64,000 nt of DNA from an uncultured Candidatus Saccharibacteria bacterium. Lineage in GTDB: Bacteria; Patescibacteriota; Dojkabacteria; J137. The notes beneath the pieces are model-generated. The model did not search any database and was not told the DNA's origin. It was given only the letters and a program-made list of their open reading frames with translations. The translations under genes were made by a program, and so were the position numbers. This document shows, piece by piece, positions 28,456 to 37,637 of this stretch. The DNA lies in the NCBI GenBank assembly GCA_964561155.1, contig CAZLOI010000001.1, forward strand, positions 178,799 through 242,798, given 5' to 3'. Position 1 is the stretch's first letter, and every line of letters begins with the position of its first letter.

Positions 28456-29400
28456 ATGATAGAAATATATTACCCGACATTTACAAATCGGATTCTACAT
28501 AAAGATGCTACCGGAGAAAAAGTATATCGACTAGACGCATTTGAGAAACTAGTTAGATTAAAGTGGGAGATACTTCAAAGACAGAATGCTCCAAGTAACA
28601 CTCTTCAATTAATTGAGATACAAGAAGAGAATCACAATTCCTTGAGTACAGTTCACGCAGGAGAGTATATAAATGCATTAATGACAGGTACCCCTGGAGA
28701 GCTAGCAAATTCAAGTGGAGTGTTGTGGCAGAAATCTCTTTTCCCTTTAATACTTCAAACAAATCAAAGCTTAATACTTTCTTCAAAGAGTGCCTTAAAC
28801 AATGGTGCTGCAGTTTCTTTAAGCATGGGAGGACATCATTCCATTAAAGAAAAAGGAATTGGTTTTAACCCTATTAATAATATTGCTGTTGTAATCGAAA
28901 GCTTACAGAAAGAAAAGCCAGGTAGAAAGATTGCAGTACTAGATCTAGATGTTCATTACGGTAACGGACTAGGAAACCTGCTACAAGGAAAACCAGATGT
29001 AATGGTTGTAGATATCTGGAACAAGACTCTAGATGATTGGGGATATTATGAAAACGCAAACTTAATTGACTACAGAGTTGAAAGTGCAGAAGAATTCTTT
29101 GCGAAACTTAACGAATCTTTTGAACGAATAAAGGCATTTAAACCAGATCTTCTAATCTACCATTGTGGAGCAGATGTTATTCAAGAAGATAGGATGGGTG
29201 GTATTGCAAACTTCACTACAGTTAATTTCCTAGAAAAAGAGAAGCTTGTTTCAGCATTCGCAAAAGAAAACGGTATACCAATAGTTCTTGTATTTGGAGG
29301 AGGATATGTAAACCATACAACTCCAGAATCTTCAGAAGAAGGATACAAGAGACTTGTTAACCTATTCATGGAGAGTATTACTTCCCTACAAACTAGTTAG
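28456..29400 (+). CDS. histone deacetylase / acetoin-utilisation AcuC superfamily amidohydrolase
   Basis: MGGHHS (GGHHA-like), DLDVHYGNG (variant of DIDVHHGDG) and GADVIQEDRMGG motifs. Confidence 0.55.
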   Translation: MIEIYYPTFTNRILHKDATGEKVYRLDAFEKLVRLKWEILQRQNAPSNTLQLIEIQEENHNSLSTVHAGEYINALMTGTPGELANSSGVLWQKSLFPLILQTNQSLILSSKSALNNGAAVSLSMGGHHSIKEKGIGFNPINNIAVVIESLQKEKPGRKIAVLDLDVHYGNGLGNLLQGKPDVMVVDIWNKTLDDWGYYENANLIDYRVESAEEFFAKLNESFERIKAFKPDLLIYHCGADVIQEDRMGGIANFTTVNFLEKEKLVSAFAKENGIPIVLVFGGGYVNHTTPESSEEGYKRLVNLFMESITSLQTS

Positions 29401-30535
29401 TCTTTGCTCTAGTTGTTACAAACTTGGTAACAATATCTGTGGAGTAGTCTAGGTTAAAGCTATTATCGTATTGTGTATTAATACATTCTTCCACTAGATC
29501 TGTTATCTGCCTCTTGAATTGTATTCCACTTGCTTCCCAAAGATAGAACGCCATAGATCCAGGTATCGGATTTATTTCTGTTAAGTATAGCTCGGTTTCA
29601 CCCACAGCCATAAAATCAATTCGAACCATTCCTTTACATCTACAAGCAACGAATGCTTTCTTGGCATACTCTATAACAAAGTCTTGAATATCTTTAGGTA
29701 ACTTTGCGGGTAACTCTCTTTGAAGAGATGCCATACCAGAACCAGTCTTCTTTCCTCCTCTTTGATACTTGTCTGCAAAACTTAAGATTTCATCTTTAGA
29801 AAACGGTTTCTCAATTTCGCTAACTTGTATTTCTCCAGCTATTTCTCTTACAGAAATATTGTATTCACTAAAGCCTGTAATTAGTTTCTCAATTAAAATC
29901 TCTGAATCTACATACGATGCTTCAACTAAAGCTTTCTCTAACTCAAGTTCTGTTCTTGCAATACCAATTCCAATACTAGAACCCATGTGTACCGGCTTAA
30001 TAATCAATGGAAGCGATAGTTCCTTAATTAGGTTCTTTGTAATATCTTGAGAGTTCTTTCTAATATGTTTCGAAGCAATACTAACTCCTTCTACAACAGG
30101 AATTCCAACATTGGAAACAATATCTTTCGTTAACTGTTTGTTCATACAAATAACAGAAGACTCAGATGTTGTTGATGTGAATGGAATAGAAAGTGTTTCA
30201 AGTAATCCTTGAATCTGTCCTCCTTCACCAAGTCCTCCATGGAAAGCCAGGAAGCATGCAGAAGGGTAATACTTTTTCTTTAGAAAGTTTCCTACAGAAA
30301 AGTATCCACCTTTGGAATCTTGACTAAACGAAATATCTAAACCACTATTTATTTGAAACTCTTCTCTACGTGTTAGCTTTGGCATGTATTTAAACTCACC
30401 TTTCTTGGTTACGTAGACTGGATAGATAGAGTAGAGATCTCTATCAATGTTTTCTATAACTTGCAGTCCCGTAATTATCGACACTTCATGTTCAGAAGAA
30501 ACTCCTCCAAACATAACTACAATATCTTTTTTCAT
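29393..30535 (-). CDS. ddl: D-alanine--D-alanine ligase (ATP-grasp)
   Basis: N-terminal VVMFGGVSSEHEVSIITG, the Ddl hallmark, followed by an ATP-grasp core. 380 aa. Confidence 0.7.
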   Translation of the reverse strand: MKKDIVVMFGGVSSEHEVSIITGLQVIENIDRDLYSIYPVYVTKKGEFKYMPKLTRREEFQINSGLDISFSQDSKGGYFSVGNFLKKKYYPSACFLAFHGGLGEGGQIQGLLETLSIPFTSTTSESSVICMNKQLTKDIVSNVGIPVVEGVSIASKHIRKNSQDITKNLIKELSLPLIIKPVHMGSSIGIGIARTELELEKALVEASYVDSEILIEKLITGFSEYNISVREIAGEIQVSEIEKPFSKDEILSFADKYQRGGKKTGSGMASLQRELPAKLPKDIQDFVIEYAKKAFVACRCKGMVRIDFMAVGETELYLTEINPIPGSMAFYLWEASGIQFKRQITDLVEECINTQYDNSFNLDYSTDIVTKFVTTRAKTN

Positions 30536-30605
30536 ATGATCTTTTTAACTAGTAACTTTGTAACTAATATCGAATTATCTAAGAGGATTATTAATAAACA
30601 TCATC

Positions 30606-31955
30606 TTAATAATATAAGTCATTTAATTCAGGTTGCAACAACAGGAACCATTCATCCTTATTAAACTTTGAAAGCTCAGTATCTACAAGCTTCTTAAATG
30701 AATCTACAATTTCAAAACTAGAATCTTTAAGTCCACTCACAATATCTTCATGTAAGATACTTTTAAGAACTATTACATGATCAGCATTCTTAGCCAATAT
30801 CTTTCCTAGTTCAATATTCTTGTCCATATTTTCTTCAGAGAGTTCAGGTATTCCTGCAGTTATAACCAATAACTTTTTGTTATTAATACTAGCTTGTTTC
30901 TTGGACTCCTGTATTCCTGCAATAGCTGTTGAGAAACTAATGTTGTATGAATCATCGATTCCTTGGAAACCTAGAATATTGTCTGTAAGTTTTTGTCTTC
31001 TGTCAGGTAAGGTTAGCCTAGTTAAAGCATCGTCTATAAACCTTTCTGGAATATTTAATACTCTTGCAACCTGTAGTGCAAACATTAAATTTGTTTTGTT
31101 TGATTCAGAAAGATTTGCTACAACATCTAAGTGATCAATATCGTAATCATCGATTGCTATTTTTTCCCTGGAATTATCACCAGAATCATCACCTTCTGAA
31201 GTCATATTAACCATTTCAAAAACTTCCTTTGTAGAAATTAGTTTGGCATTCATTTTTGAATACACGAATGTTTCTGAAAGTGCAGAAGCAAGATTTTTTC
31301 TGTTACCAAATCTAACCAAGTGCTGATCTCCAATGTTAGTAATGATTGCTATATCTGGTCTTATTATCTTTGTACTCTTTGCAATTTCACCTATTTCAAA
31401 TGAATCAACTTCTGAAATTAGTACCTCTGTATCAGGGTTTAGCTCTTTATTTATCCAGTTAGCAATACCTGCAGGAGTATTTATGTTCCCAGGTATCATT
31501 TGTGTTTTGTACGAGTATCTTATTATTTGCTGAAGAAAGTTTTTAACAGTTGTTTTTCCATAGCTACCAGCCACTGTTATTACCTTAACACTAGGTAGCT
31601 TTTTAAGTTTCTCTTCTGCTTCTACCCGTATGTTTCTCTTTATCCAGTTGTAGTATGAAGTTAGGAAGTAGTTAGCTATGAATACGTATATTGGTATTAG
31701 TAGAAGTGTAAAGGGAACCAGAATTGTTAATCCTAGTATATGTAAAAGTATTGAATCTAGTACAAAAAATACTACAGCAAGACCTAGAGTTACCTTAACT
31801 CTTTTTGTATATTTTAAAGTGTCTCTAACTTGAATATTTCTTTTGAAAAAGAATCTAGGTAACCAGTATATAAATCGATTCGATGAATATTCTTCTTGTT
31901 GAAGAATGTACATAAAATCTCCGAATGGAAAAAGTATATTAAAGATTTTCAACAT
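30606..31955 (-). CDS. Mur ligase family protein (MurF-like / CapB-PgsB-like) with N-terminal 2-3 TM membrane anchor replacing the usual N-terminal domain
   Basis: P-loop VITVAGSYGKTT, a GNINTPAGIANWI segment and DIAIITNIGDQHLVRFG (Mur ligase middle domain). The first ~110 aa are hydrophobic helices. Confidence 0.5.
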   Translation of the reverse strand: MLKIFNILFPFGDFMYILQQEEYSSNRFIYWLPRFFFKRNIQVRDTLKYTKRVKVTLGLAVVFFVLDSILLHILGLTILVPFTLLLIPIYVFIANYFLTSYYNWIKRNIRVEAEEKLKKLPSVKVITVAGSYGKTTVKNFLQQIIRYSYKTQMIPGNINTPAGIANWINKELNPDTEVLISEVDSFEIGEIAKSTKIIRPDIAIITNIGDQHLVRFGNRKNLASALSETFVYSKMNAKLISTKEVFEMVNMTSEGDDSGDNSREKIAIDDYDIDHLDVVANLSESNKTNLMFALQVARVLNIPERFIDDALTRLTLPDRRQKLTDNILGFQGIDDSYNISFSTAIAGIQESKKQASINNKKLLVITAGIPELSEENMDKNIELGKILAKNADHVIVLKSILHEDIVSGLKDSSFEIVDSFKKLVDTELSKFNKDEWFLLLQPELNDLYY

Positions 31956-32604
31956 AGTTTTTAACAGTTCCGTAAAATAGGGTAGGGTTTTCTATGTGAA
32001 TGTTGTGTCCTAGGTTCTGTAATGTAGTAAGTTTTGAATGCGGTATTAGTTCGTCCATCTCTTTCCCAATTTCAACACTAGATACGGAATCGTTTTCTCC
32101 CCACAGTATTAATGTTGGAATAGATATTTCTTTAAGTGTTTCTGTTTGATCAAATACAACTGCTTTTCTAAATATCTTTCCGAGTCCTTCTTCTTCTGCA
32201 CTGTTAAGTTCAGTATTTGAAGTCTTTTTCTTTTTAAGTCCCAAAGCTTTAAGTATCTTATACACTCTAATCTTGAATAGTATCGTAAACGATGGTCTAT
32301 AAATACAAGGAGCAGCATAGAGTATTAATGCTTTTAACCAAGAAGGATTCTTCATTGCAACCATGCTCGCAATTCTTCCACCGAACGAATGTCCTATCAA
32401 AACAATTTCTTTCTCATTCATTTCAGTTATCTTCTTTTCTACCCAAGTAGCATATTCAGGAATTCCCCAATCAGGAGAAACAAGTGGCTCAGAACCAAAA
32501 CCTGGAAGATCTAGTACGGTAATCTGGTTTTCAGGAAACATTGAGACTATATTATCCCAATCTTTCTTACTTTGACCCCAACCGTGTAGTACAACTAGAT
32601 TCAT
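31939..32604 (-). CDS. alpha/beta-fold hydrolase (esterase/lipase-like)
   Basis: VVLHGWG near the N-terminus, nucleophile elbow GHSFGG, and a C-terminal His (GHNIHIENP). 221 aa. Confidence 0.6.
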   Translation of the reverse strand: MNLVVLHGWGQSKKDWDNIVSMFPENQITVLDLPGFGSEPLVSPDWGIPEYATWVEKKITEMNEKEIVLIGHSFGGRIASMVAMKNPSWLKALILYAAPCIYRPSFTILFKIRVYKILKALGLKKKKTSNTELNSAEEEGLGKIFRKAVVFDQTETLKEISIPTLILWGENDSVSSVEIGKEMDELIPHSKLTTLQNLGHNIHIENPTLFYGTVKNYVENL

Positions 32605-32621
32605 CCCAATTATATTAAAAT

Positions 32622-33308
32622 CTACTTTAGTTTAATTAATATTCCTCTGTACAAAAACTTCTTTGAAAAATCTTCTAAACTCATTCTAACCAATCCTCCT
32701 TTGCCATCGAGATCCCAAGGATCCATTACATATATTACAATACCTGAACTATTTTCTTTAACAAATTTGTAACAAAGAATCATGTGAGTTCCTGCAACTC
32801 TGCTTTTGACAGATGCTACGAACATATTACCCTTTGATATTTCAGCAAGCATCCCTTCAGAAGATATTTTTTTAACTATTCTGGATGCTATATTGTTTTC
32901 TAAGAGTACATCTAAAAGTACCTGATGCTTCCAGCCAATATCATTCTCATGAATATATCCGCCTCTTTCATCAAGTTTCTTAACTAAATCATATATTGTC
33001 CCATCGTAGCTCTTGAGTGCTTTTAAAATTGAAACAACTATAGCGACCCCACAAGATCTTCTTGCCCAAAAAGAATATACTTTTGTATCTTCAGTTCCAA
33101 ATCTTTTTGCAGCAGATTCATCATCTATTAATTCGATGCCTTTAAATACTTTTGAACTATCGGGTGAACAAAGCTGATCCACAGAGACAATGTCGCCAAT
33201 ACATCCATACTCTATGCTTGATTTGAGTGTAGCCAGCTTTATTTGCCCAAGGAGTTTATTTACAAAAAGAAACCCTTTGCTTTTCAAGTTTTTAATTAGT
33301 TGCTTCAT
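32622..33308 (-). CDS. putative papain-fold cysteine peptidase (C39-like / BtrH-N-like)
   Basis: Cys in RRSCGVAIVVSIL, His in GTHMILCY and Asp in VMDPWD, in the order and spacing of C39-like peptidases. Weak call. Confidence 0.3.
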   Translation of the reverse strand: MKQLIKNLKSKGFLFVNKLLGQIKLATLKSSIEYGCIGDIVSVDQLCSPDSSKVFKGIELIDDESAAKRFGTEDTKVYSFWARRSCGVAIVVSILKALKSYDGTIYDLVKKLDERGGYIHENDIGWKHQVLLDVLLENNIASRIVKKISSEGMLAEISKGNMFVASVKSRVAGTHMILCYKFVKENSSGIVIYVMDPWDLDGKGGLVRMSLEDFSKKFLYRGILIKLK

Positions 33309-33467
33309 TACTTATTAAGTCGTATCTGGTGTACTTCCCTTATTCTATAGTACACTAATGTAAACTGCTATGTTATGAACATTACAGGATTAAAATTTGC
33401 AGTAGGGTTAATATTAATCACCGTATGACAACTTCCACTAAAGATATATTCACGATATAATACAGGT

Positions 33468-34661
33468 ATGACTAATATCAATCAGGACAATATAATATTA
33501 AGCATAGATACATCTTGTGATGAAACATCTGTAGCAATACTTAAAGGTACAACAGTGCTTTCTAATCTGCTACCCTCTCAAGCTGCTATGCACAGGAAGT
33601 GGGGTGGAGTGGTGCCTAGTCTTGCAAAGCTTGCTCATCAAGAAAGAATAGATGGAGTTGTTGAAAGAGCGTTAAAGCTATCTGGACTTAAGATTGAAGA
33701 TATAGATATATTTGCGGTAACGTATGGACCAGGATTGGCTATAGCCCTAGAAGTGGGTATCAAGAAAGCAAAGGAGCTATCAATTAAATACAAGAAACCC
33801 TTAGTGGTAATAAACCATATGGAAGGACACTTGTATTCTGCATTTGCTCAGAAGAAAACAGATACAAAAGTGAAAGATCAAATCTTTAACTATCCATCAC
33901 TAGGTGCACTAATATCTGGAGGACACTCAGAATTCATACTAGTTAAAGAGTTTGGGAACTATGAACTCCTTGGGCAAACCTTGGATGATGCTTGTGGAGA
34001 AGCATATGACAAATGTGGGAGGATACTAGGATTAGGATATCCAGCAGGACCTGCTATAACGAAGTTTGCTAAGGAGCATAGAGACAATGTAAGCATTGAA
34101 TTCAAGAATGATAACCATAGCTTTGTAGCCGAATTAACAAACCTAAGCTCCAAGAATGTCTACGCCTTGCCAATACCGATGGCAAATACATCTGACTTTA
34201 ACCTAAGCTATTCAGGCCTCAAGAGTGCATTTTCAAGACTTGTATCTGAGCATGAATTAACAAAAGAGTTTGTTCTTGATATGTGTGTTCTATTCGAAGC
34301 TGTAGCTATAAAGCAGATAACGATGAAGATGAAGAAAATATTAAAGGAACACGAAGTATCCGAGATTTGGTTAGGAGGAGGAGTTGTAGCTAGCCCACGA
34401 CTTAGATCAGAGGTTAGAAAAACATTTAAGGAATATGTAGCTAAAGCAAAAGGTAACATGGTTAATAAAGGACATAGGAGTGTTAAGGCTGTAGTTAGAT
34501 ATCCATATTCAAAGAAACTAACAGGAGACAATGCAGCTATGATTGGGGTTGTAGCAAGTCTTAAGGTTAAGAAATATGGAGTAGGGCATAATCCAATGGT
34601 TGGAATATATACAAAGGGATTTGAATTGATTGATAGAGAACCTAGTTTAACTCTAGGATAG
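33468..34661 (+). CDS. tsaD: tRNA N6-adenosine threonylcarbamoyltransferase TsaD (Kae1/Gcp family)
   Basis: LSIDTSCDETSVAIL, metal-binding HMEGHLYSA, ISGGHSEF, GEAYDKCGRILGLGYPAGP and GDNAAMIG. 397 aa, slightly extended versus the typical ~340. Confidence 0.85.
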   Translation: MTNINQDNIILSIDTSCDETSVAILKGTTVLSNLLPSQAAMHRKWGGVVPSLAKLAHQERIDGVVERALKLSGLKIEDIDIFAVTYGPGLAIALEVGIKKAKELSIKYKKPLVVINHMEGHLYSAFAQKKTDTKVKDQIFNYPSLGALISGGHSEFILVKEFGNYELLGQTLDDACGEAYDKCGRILGLGYPAGPAITKFAKEHRDNVSIEFKNDNHSFVAELTNLSSKNVYALPIPMANTSDFNLSYSGLKSAFSRLVSEHELTKEFVLDMCVLFEAVAIKQITMKMKKILKEHEVSEIWLGGGVVASPRLRSEVRKTFKEYVAKAKGNMVNKGHRSVKAVVRYPYSKKLTGDNAAMIGVVASLKVKKYGVGHNPMVGIYTKGFELIDREPSLTLG

Positions 34662-34668
34662 ACAGAAT

Positions 34669-34698
34669 TTGACTATTGGTATATTACAGTGATATAAG
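34669..34698 (+). promoter_or_regulatory. promoter TTGACT-18-(TG)ATATAAG for the Gly-rich mini-gene
   Basis: TTGACT at 34669..34674 and an extended -10 TGATATAAG at 34690..34698. The same TGATATAA extended -10 occurs upstream of dnaJ. Confidence 0.3.
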
Positions 34699-34750
34699 TA
34701 TTGTACGACCATGGCACATATCGTGCTTGGAAGTAAAAGGAGAAGGCATT

Positions 34751-34867
34751 ATGCCTGATTCAGGAAAAGGTGGCGGCGGTTCGAAGAATGGTGGTGGCTC
34801 AAGCGGAGCCGGCACTACATCGACCCCCGGAGGCAATAATGGTGGAACTCCACCCGGACGTCCGTAA
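34751..34867 (+). CDS. 38-aa glycine-rich peptide (MPDSGKGGGGSKNGGGSSGAGTTSTPGGNNGGTPPGRP) in a locally GC-rich island
   Basis: Strong SD AAAGGAGAAGG sits 5 nt before the ATG. Codon usage (GGC, CCC, CCG, TCG, ACC) is foreign to this AT-rich genome. Could alternatively be a structured RNA, given its GC palindromes. Confidence 0.3.
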   Translation: MPDSGKGGGGSKNGGGSSGAGTTSTPGGNNGGTPPGRP

Positions 34868-34880
34868 CCATCTTCTAACC

Positions 34881-34906
34881 GTTGGCTGGGAGAAATCCCA
34901 GCCAAC
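34881..34906 (+). terminator. perfect 10-bp GC-rich hairpin GTTGGCTGGG-AGAAAT-CCCAGCCAAC directly after the mini-gene (no U-tract)
   Basis: The inverted repeat lies 13 nt after the stop codon. No T-run follows it, so intrinsic-terminator function is uncertain. Confidence 0.3.
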
Positions 34907-34941
34907 ACCCACTAAAACTTCTAATATAGTATAAAATCTAT

Positions 34942-36180
34942 TTGAATCTCAATTTTGATATGCCAATAAACAAGACAGTAGAAAAAATAATCACTGAATG
35001 GCTTAACTATTATATTAAGTACCATAACTATGCTTCAATTTCTATTGGAATAACAGAAGGGTCTGAGACATACACAAAGACATTTGGTAGTTACTACAAG
35101 GATGGTAGAGTCATTGAGCATCCAGTCTATAGCATTGCTTCTATCACAAAGCTTTACACTACAATCGAAATACTTAAACTAGAAGAAAAAGGTAAGTTAA
35201 AGATAACTGATAAAGTGAAATCATATTTAGAATATTTTCCAAACTCAGATATAACTATTGAGGACTTGCTTTCTTACAGGGTAAGTATATCAAGAGATGG
35301 TGATTTCAATTTCTGGTTAAATACAGAGCTTCCCACAGATGAGGAAATTGTGAAAGAAGTAACCAAATTACAAGTAGTTAGAACAGACAAATTTAAGTAT
35401 TCTAACCTCAGCTATGCTGTAATTGGTTTGATATTAAAAAGATTTGATATCTCATTCCAGTCAGCTGAAATATCAGGTATTAAAGGTTACGGCAAGTTAT
35501 TTATAAATGGTGTGAAGGAGTATGGATATGTAGACTACAAAGGATTCAACGAATCCTTTGGGCTATACAAAACAATAGATGGAATTACACAATTTGCTAG
35601 CCAGATACTTAATAAGGACAATAGTATACTAAAACCAATTTCTTGGGAGAAACTGTTAAAGGTTCACCTTAAAACCGAAGGTGAGGATGACGATATTACA
35701 TTATCGTTAAAAAAATGGAAGAATTCAGCTGTTTTTGAGATTCATGGGTATTCCTTTGGATTCGTGTCTTCAATGTTAGTAGATTATGATTTAAACTTTT
35801 CGTTTACAGTTTTAACGAATAGTACTGATGAAGAATTTGCAGGGTATTTCACAAGAACAATAAGAAAACTTATAGAATTCTTTAAAGACAAAGAGATTAA
35901 TAATGAATCAACGGTCAATGGGTTGTATACGGGTAAGGACGATGATGTTTTCGTCTATGACTGTAATGACTTCCTTTATATATACAGACCCAAGCAAGTG
36001 ACACCTTTTCATCCTGCCAACTGTGAAATCTTTACTAAGATTGGAGAAAATGCCTACATTTTAGCTGAGAAACCAGGAGATGCGTATGAGAACGAGGTTG
36101 CGAGTTTTTCTTTCAATGCCAATGGTTCTGTCATTGGGTTCAAGCAAGGGGGATGGGGGTATTCAAAAGTTAATACTTAG
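34942..36180 (+). CDS. serine hydrolase of the beta-lactamase / penicillin-binding-protein-like superfamily
   Basis: SxxK motif SITK (YSIASITKLYT) and YxN motif YSNLSY. 412 aa. Confidence 0.55.
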   Translation: MNLNFDMPINKTVEKIITEWLNYYIKYHNYASISIGITEGSETYTKTFGSYYKDGRVIEHPVYSIASITKLYTTIEILKLEEKGKLKITDKVKSYLEYFPNSDITIEDLLSYRVSISRDGDFNFWLNTELPTDEEIVKEVTKLQVVRTDKFKYSNLSYAVIGLILKRFDISFQSAEISGIKGYGKLFINGVKEYGYVDYKGFNESFGLYKTIDGITQFASQILNKDNSILKPISWEKLLKVHLKTEGEDDDITLSLKKWKNSAVFEIHGYSFGFVSSMLVDYDLNFSFTVLTNSTDEEFAGYFTRTIRKLIEFFKDKEINNESTVNGLYTGKDDDVFVYDCNDFLYIYRPKQVTPFHPANCEIFTKIGENAYILAEKPGDAYENEVASFSFNANGSVIGFKQGGWGYSKVNT

Positions 36181-36192
36181 ACATACTCATGT

Positions 36193-36984
36193 TTAAAGAG
36201 GATTATATGGAAAACTATGTATATTTCCACTTCTTGTCTTAACCATCACCTTCGAATTAGAATCCATAGCAAAATTATGGAAATCTAGATCATGAACCAT
36301 TCCATGAGATAGCCCAGAGAGTATATGAGCCTTTGTTAAAGAATCTGCATTAATTACTACATACTCAGGATCTTCAAAACTTGGTATATGTCCAAACTTC
36401 GTAACAGAATACTTTGGACTTAATTGATCATATTCCGTTAATGATATAGCGCTGTTGACAATACCAATCTCAGAAACAAGATCGTTGTGACTTAACTCTG
36501 GTATTTCTATTCTCCATTCAGAATCTCCGCTAGCGTTGTATTGATTCGAATATATTATTAAAAAATCATCGAATCCTTTCTCGTTTACCAGAAAATTCTT
36601 TACTGAATCGATTACAAAAGGAGTTTTTGTTCCTTTAGAATTAAAAGTTAACTCCTTTGTTTTCATAATCTTGTTCTTTTGAGGATCTATAACAAGATTA
36701 AATTGAGCAAGATCATCGCTAAAGAAATTGGATCTGGGTTGGAAATTTTGTAACTCAATTAACAAATTAAGGTAGCTTAGAAACTCAGGAGAAACATCTA
36801 TTGGAAAGTCAACAGGTCCTGAATTAAACCTGTACGCCGAGGTATCCTTAACAACTGTATTCAAATCATTCGATGAGAACGTAATGAATCTTGCTATATC
36901 TTCTGCCAAATTATCTGGAAGCTCCTTGTGAGATCTAAGTAGCATTTCATTTGTTCCGTATGGAAATCTCGTTTGGTATATCAT
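36193..36984 (-). CDS. hypothetical protein
   Basis: 263 aa with no recognisable motif. Convergent with the serine hydrolase gene. Confidence 0.3.
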   Translation of the reverse strand: MIYQTRFPYGTNEMLLRSHKELPDNLAEDIARFITFSSNDLNTVVKDTSAYRFNSGPVDFPIDVSPEFLSYLNLLIELQNFQPRSNFFSDDLAQFNLVIDPQKNKIMKTKELTFNSKGTKTPFVIDSVKNFLVNEKGFDDFLIIYSNQYNASGDSEWRIEIPELSHNDLVSEIGIVNSAISLTEYDQLSPKYSVTKFGHIPSFEDPEYVVINADSLTKAHILSGLSHGMVHDLDFHNFAMDSNSKVMVKTRSGNIHSFPYNPL

Positions 36985-37073
36985 AGTATTAGTTTATATG
37001 AACAAGGAAGAACGATCAAGGATTGGAGATTCGTTGCTCTTTCCTATATTATGTATTTAGTCACTAAAGTTCA

Positions 37074-37637
37074 ATGAAATATAGAAGACCTTTTAACTTA
37101 CTGCAACCGATTAAATCTCCTACAACTTTGTGGGACAAGATCTACGACTGGGTGCTGTGGAGAGCGAGGGTAATAATACTGGTTACTATTATAACGATTA
37201 CCTTAATATTTGTAGGTAAGGTTGTTGTAGATACCGATGCAAAGAACAAGACTAAGGAGATTGCATCTATTGAATCAAAGCTTAGAGTATTGGAAGCATC
37301 GTATGAACCTGAGTTTAGAAATCTTTTTAGAAGGCAGGATTCATATATGAAGCTATGGAATGCTTCTCACTATTATACAGATGTAATAAGGGAGATTAAT
37401 TCCTACGTTACTAGTGACGTTGAATTAAGTATTAGGTTTCAAGAAACTTCGGTAACAGTATATGGAACAGAGAATTTAAGTGTGTTAAACCAAATAGAGG
37501 TTGCTATGAAGAGTTCATCTTCGTTTAAGAATGTTTTTGTTAATAGTCTTGTTGTTGATTCTGGTCAGGAAGGACTTAATCAAGGAGACTATATTTTAAC
37601 TGCAGAAATGGTAGATATTAGTAGACCACAAATTTAA
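37074..37637 (+). CDS. type IV pilus assembly protein PilN-like
   Basis: N-terminal PFNLLQP matches the conserved PilN INLLP motif that docks PilM. A single TM follows, then a periplasmic coiled-coil. 187 aa. Confidence 0.45.
   Translation: MKYRRPFNLLQPIKSPTTLWDKIYDWVLWRARVIILVTIITITLIFVGKVVVDTDAKNKTKEIASIESKLRVLEASYEPEFRNLFRRQDSYMKLWNASHYYTDVIREINSYVTSDVELSIRFQETSVTVYGTENLSVLNQIEVAMKSSSSFKNVFVNSLVVDSGQEGLNQGDYILTAEMVDISRPQI

Noticed and set aside
34684-34908. 74-aa Pro-rich minus-strand ORF over the GC-rich island
   Set aside because: It is the reverse complement of the Gly-rich frame (GGN to NCC gives Pro). It has no SD or promoter on that strand, whereas the plus strand has both.
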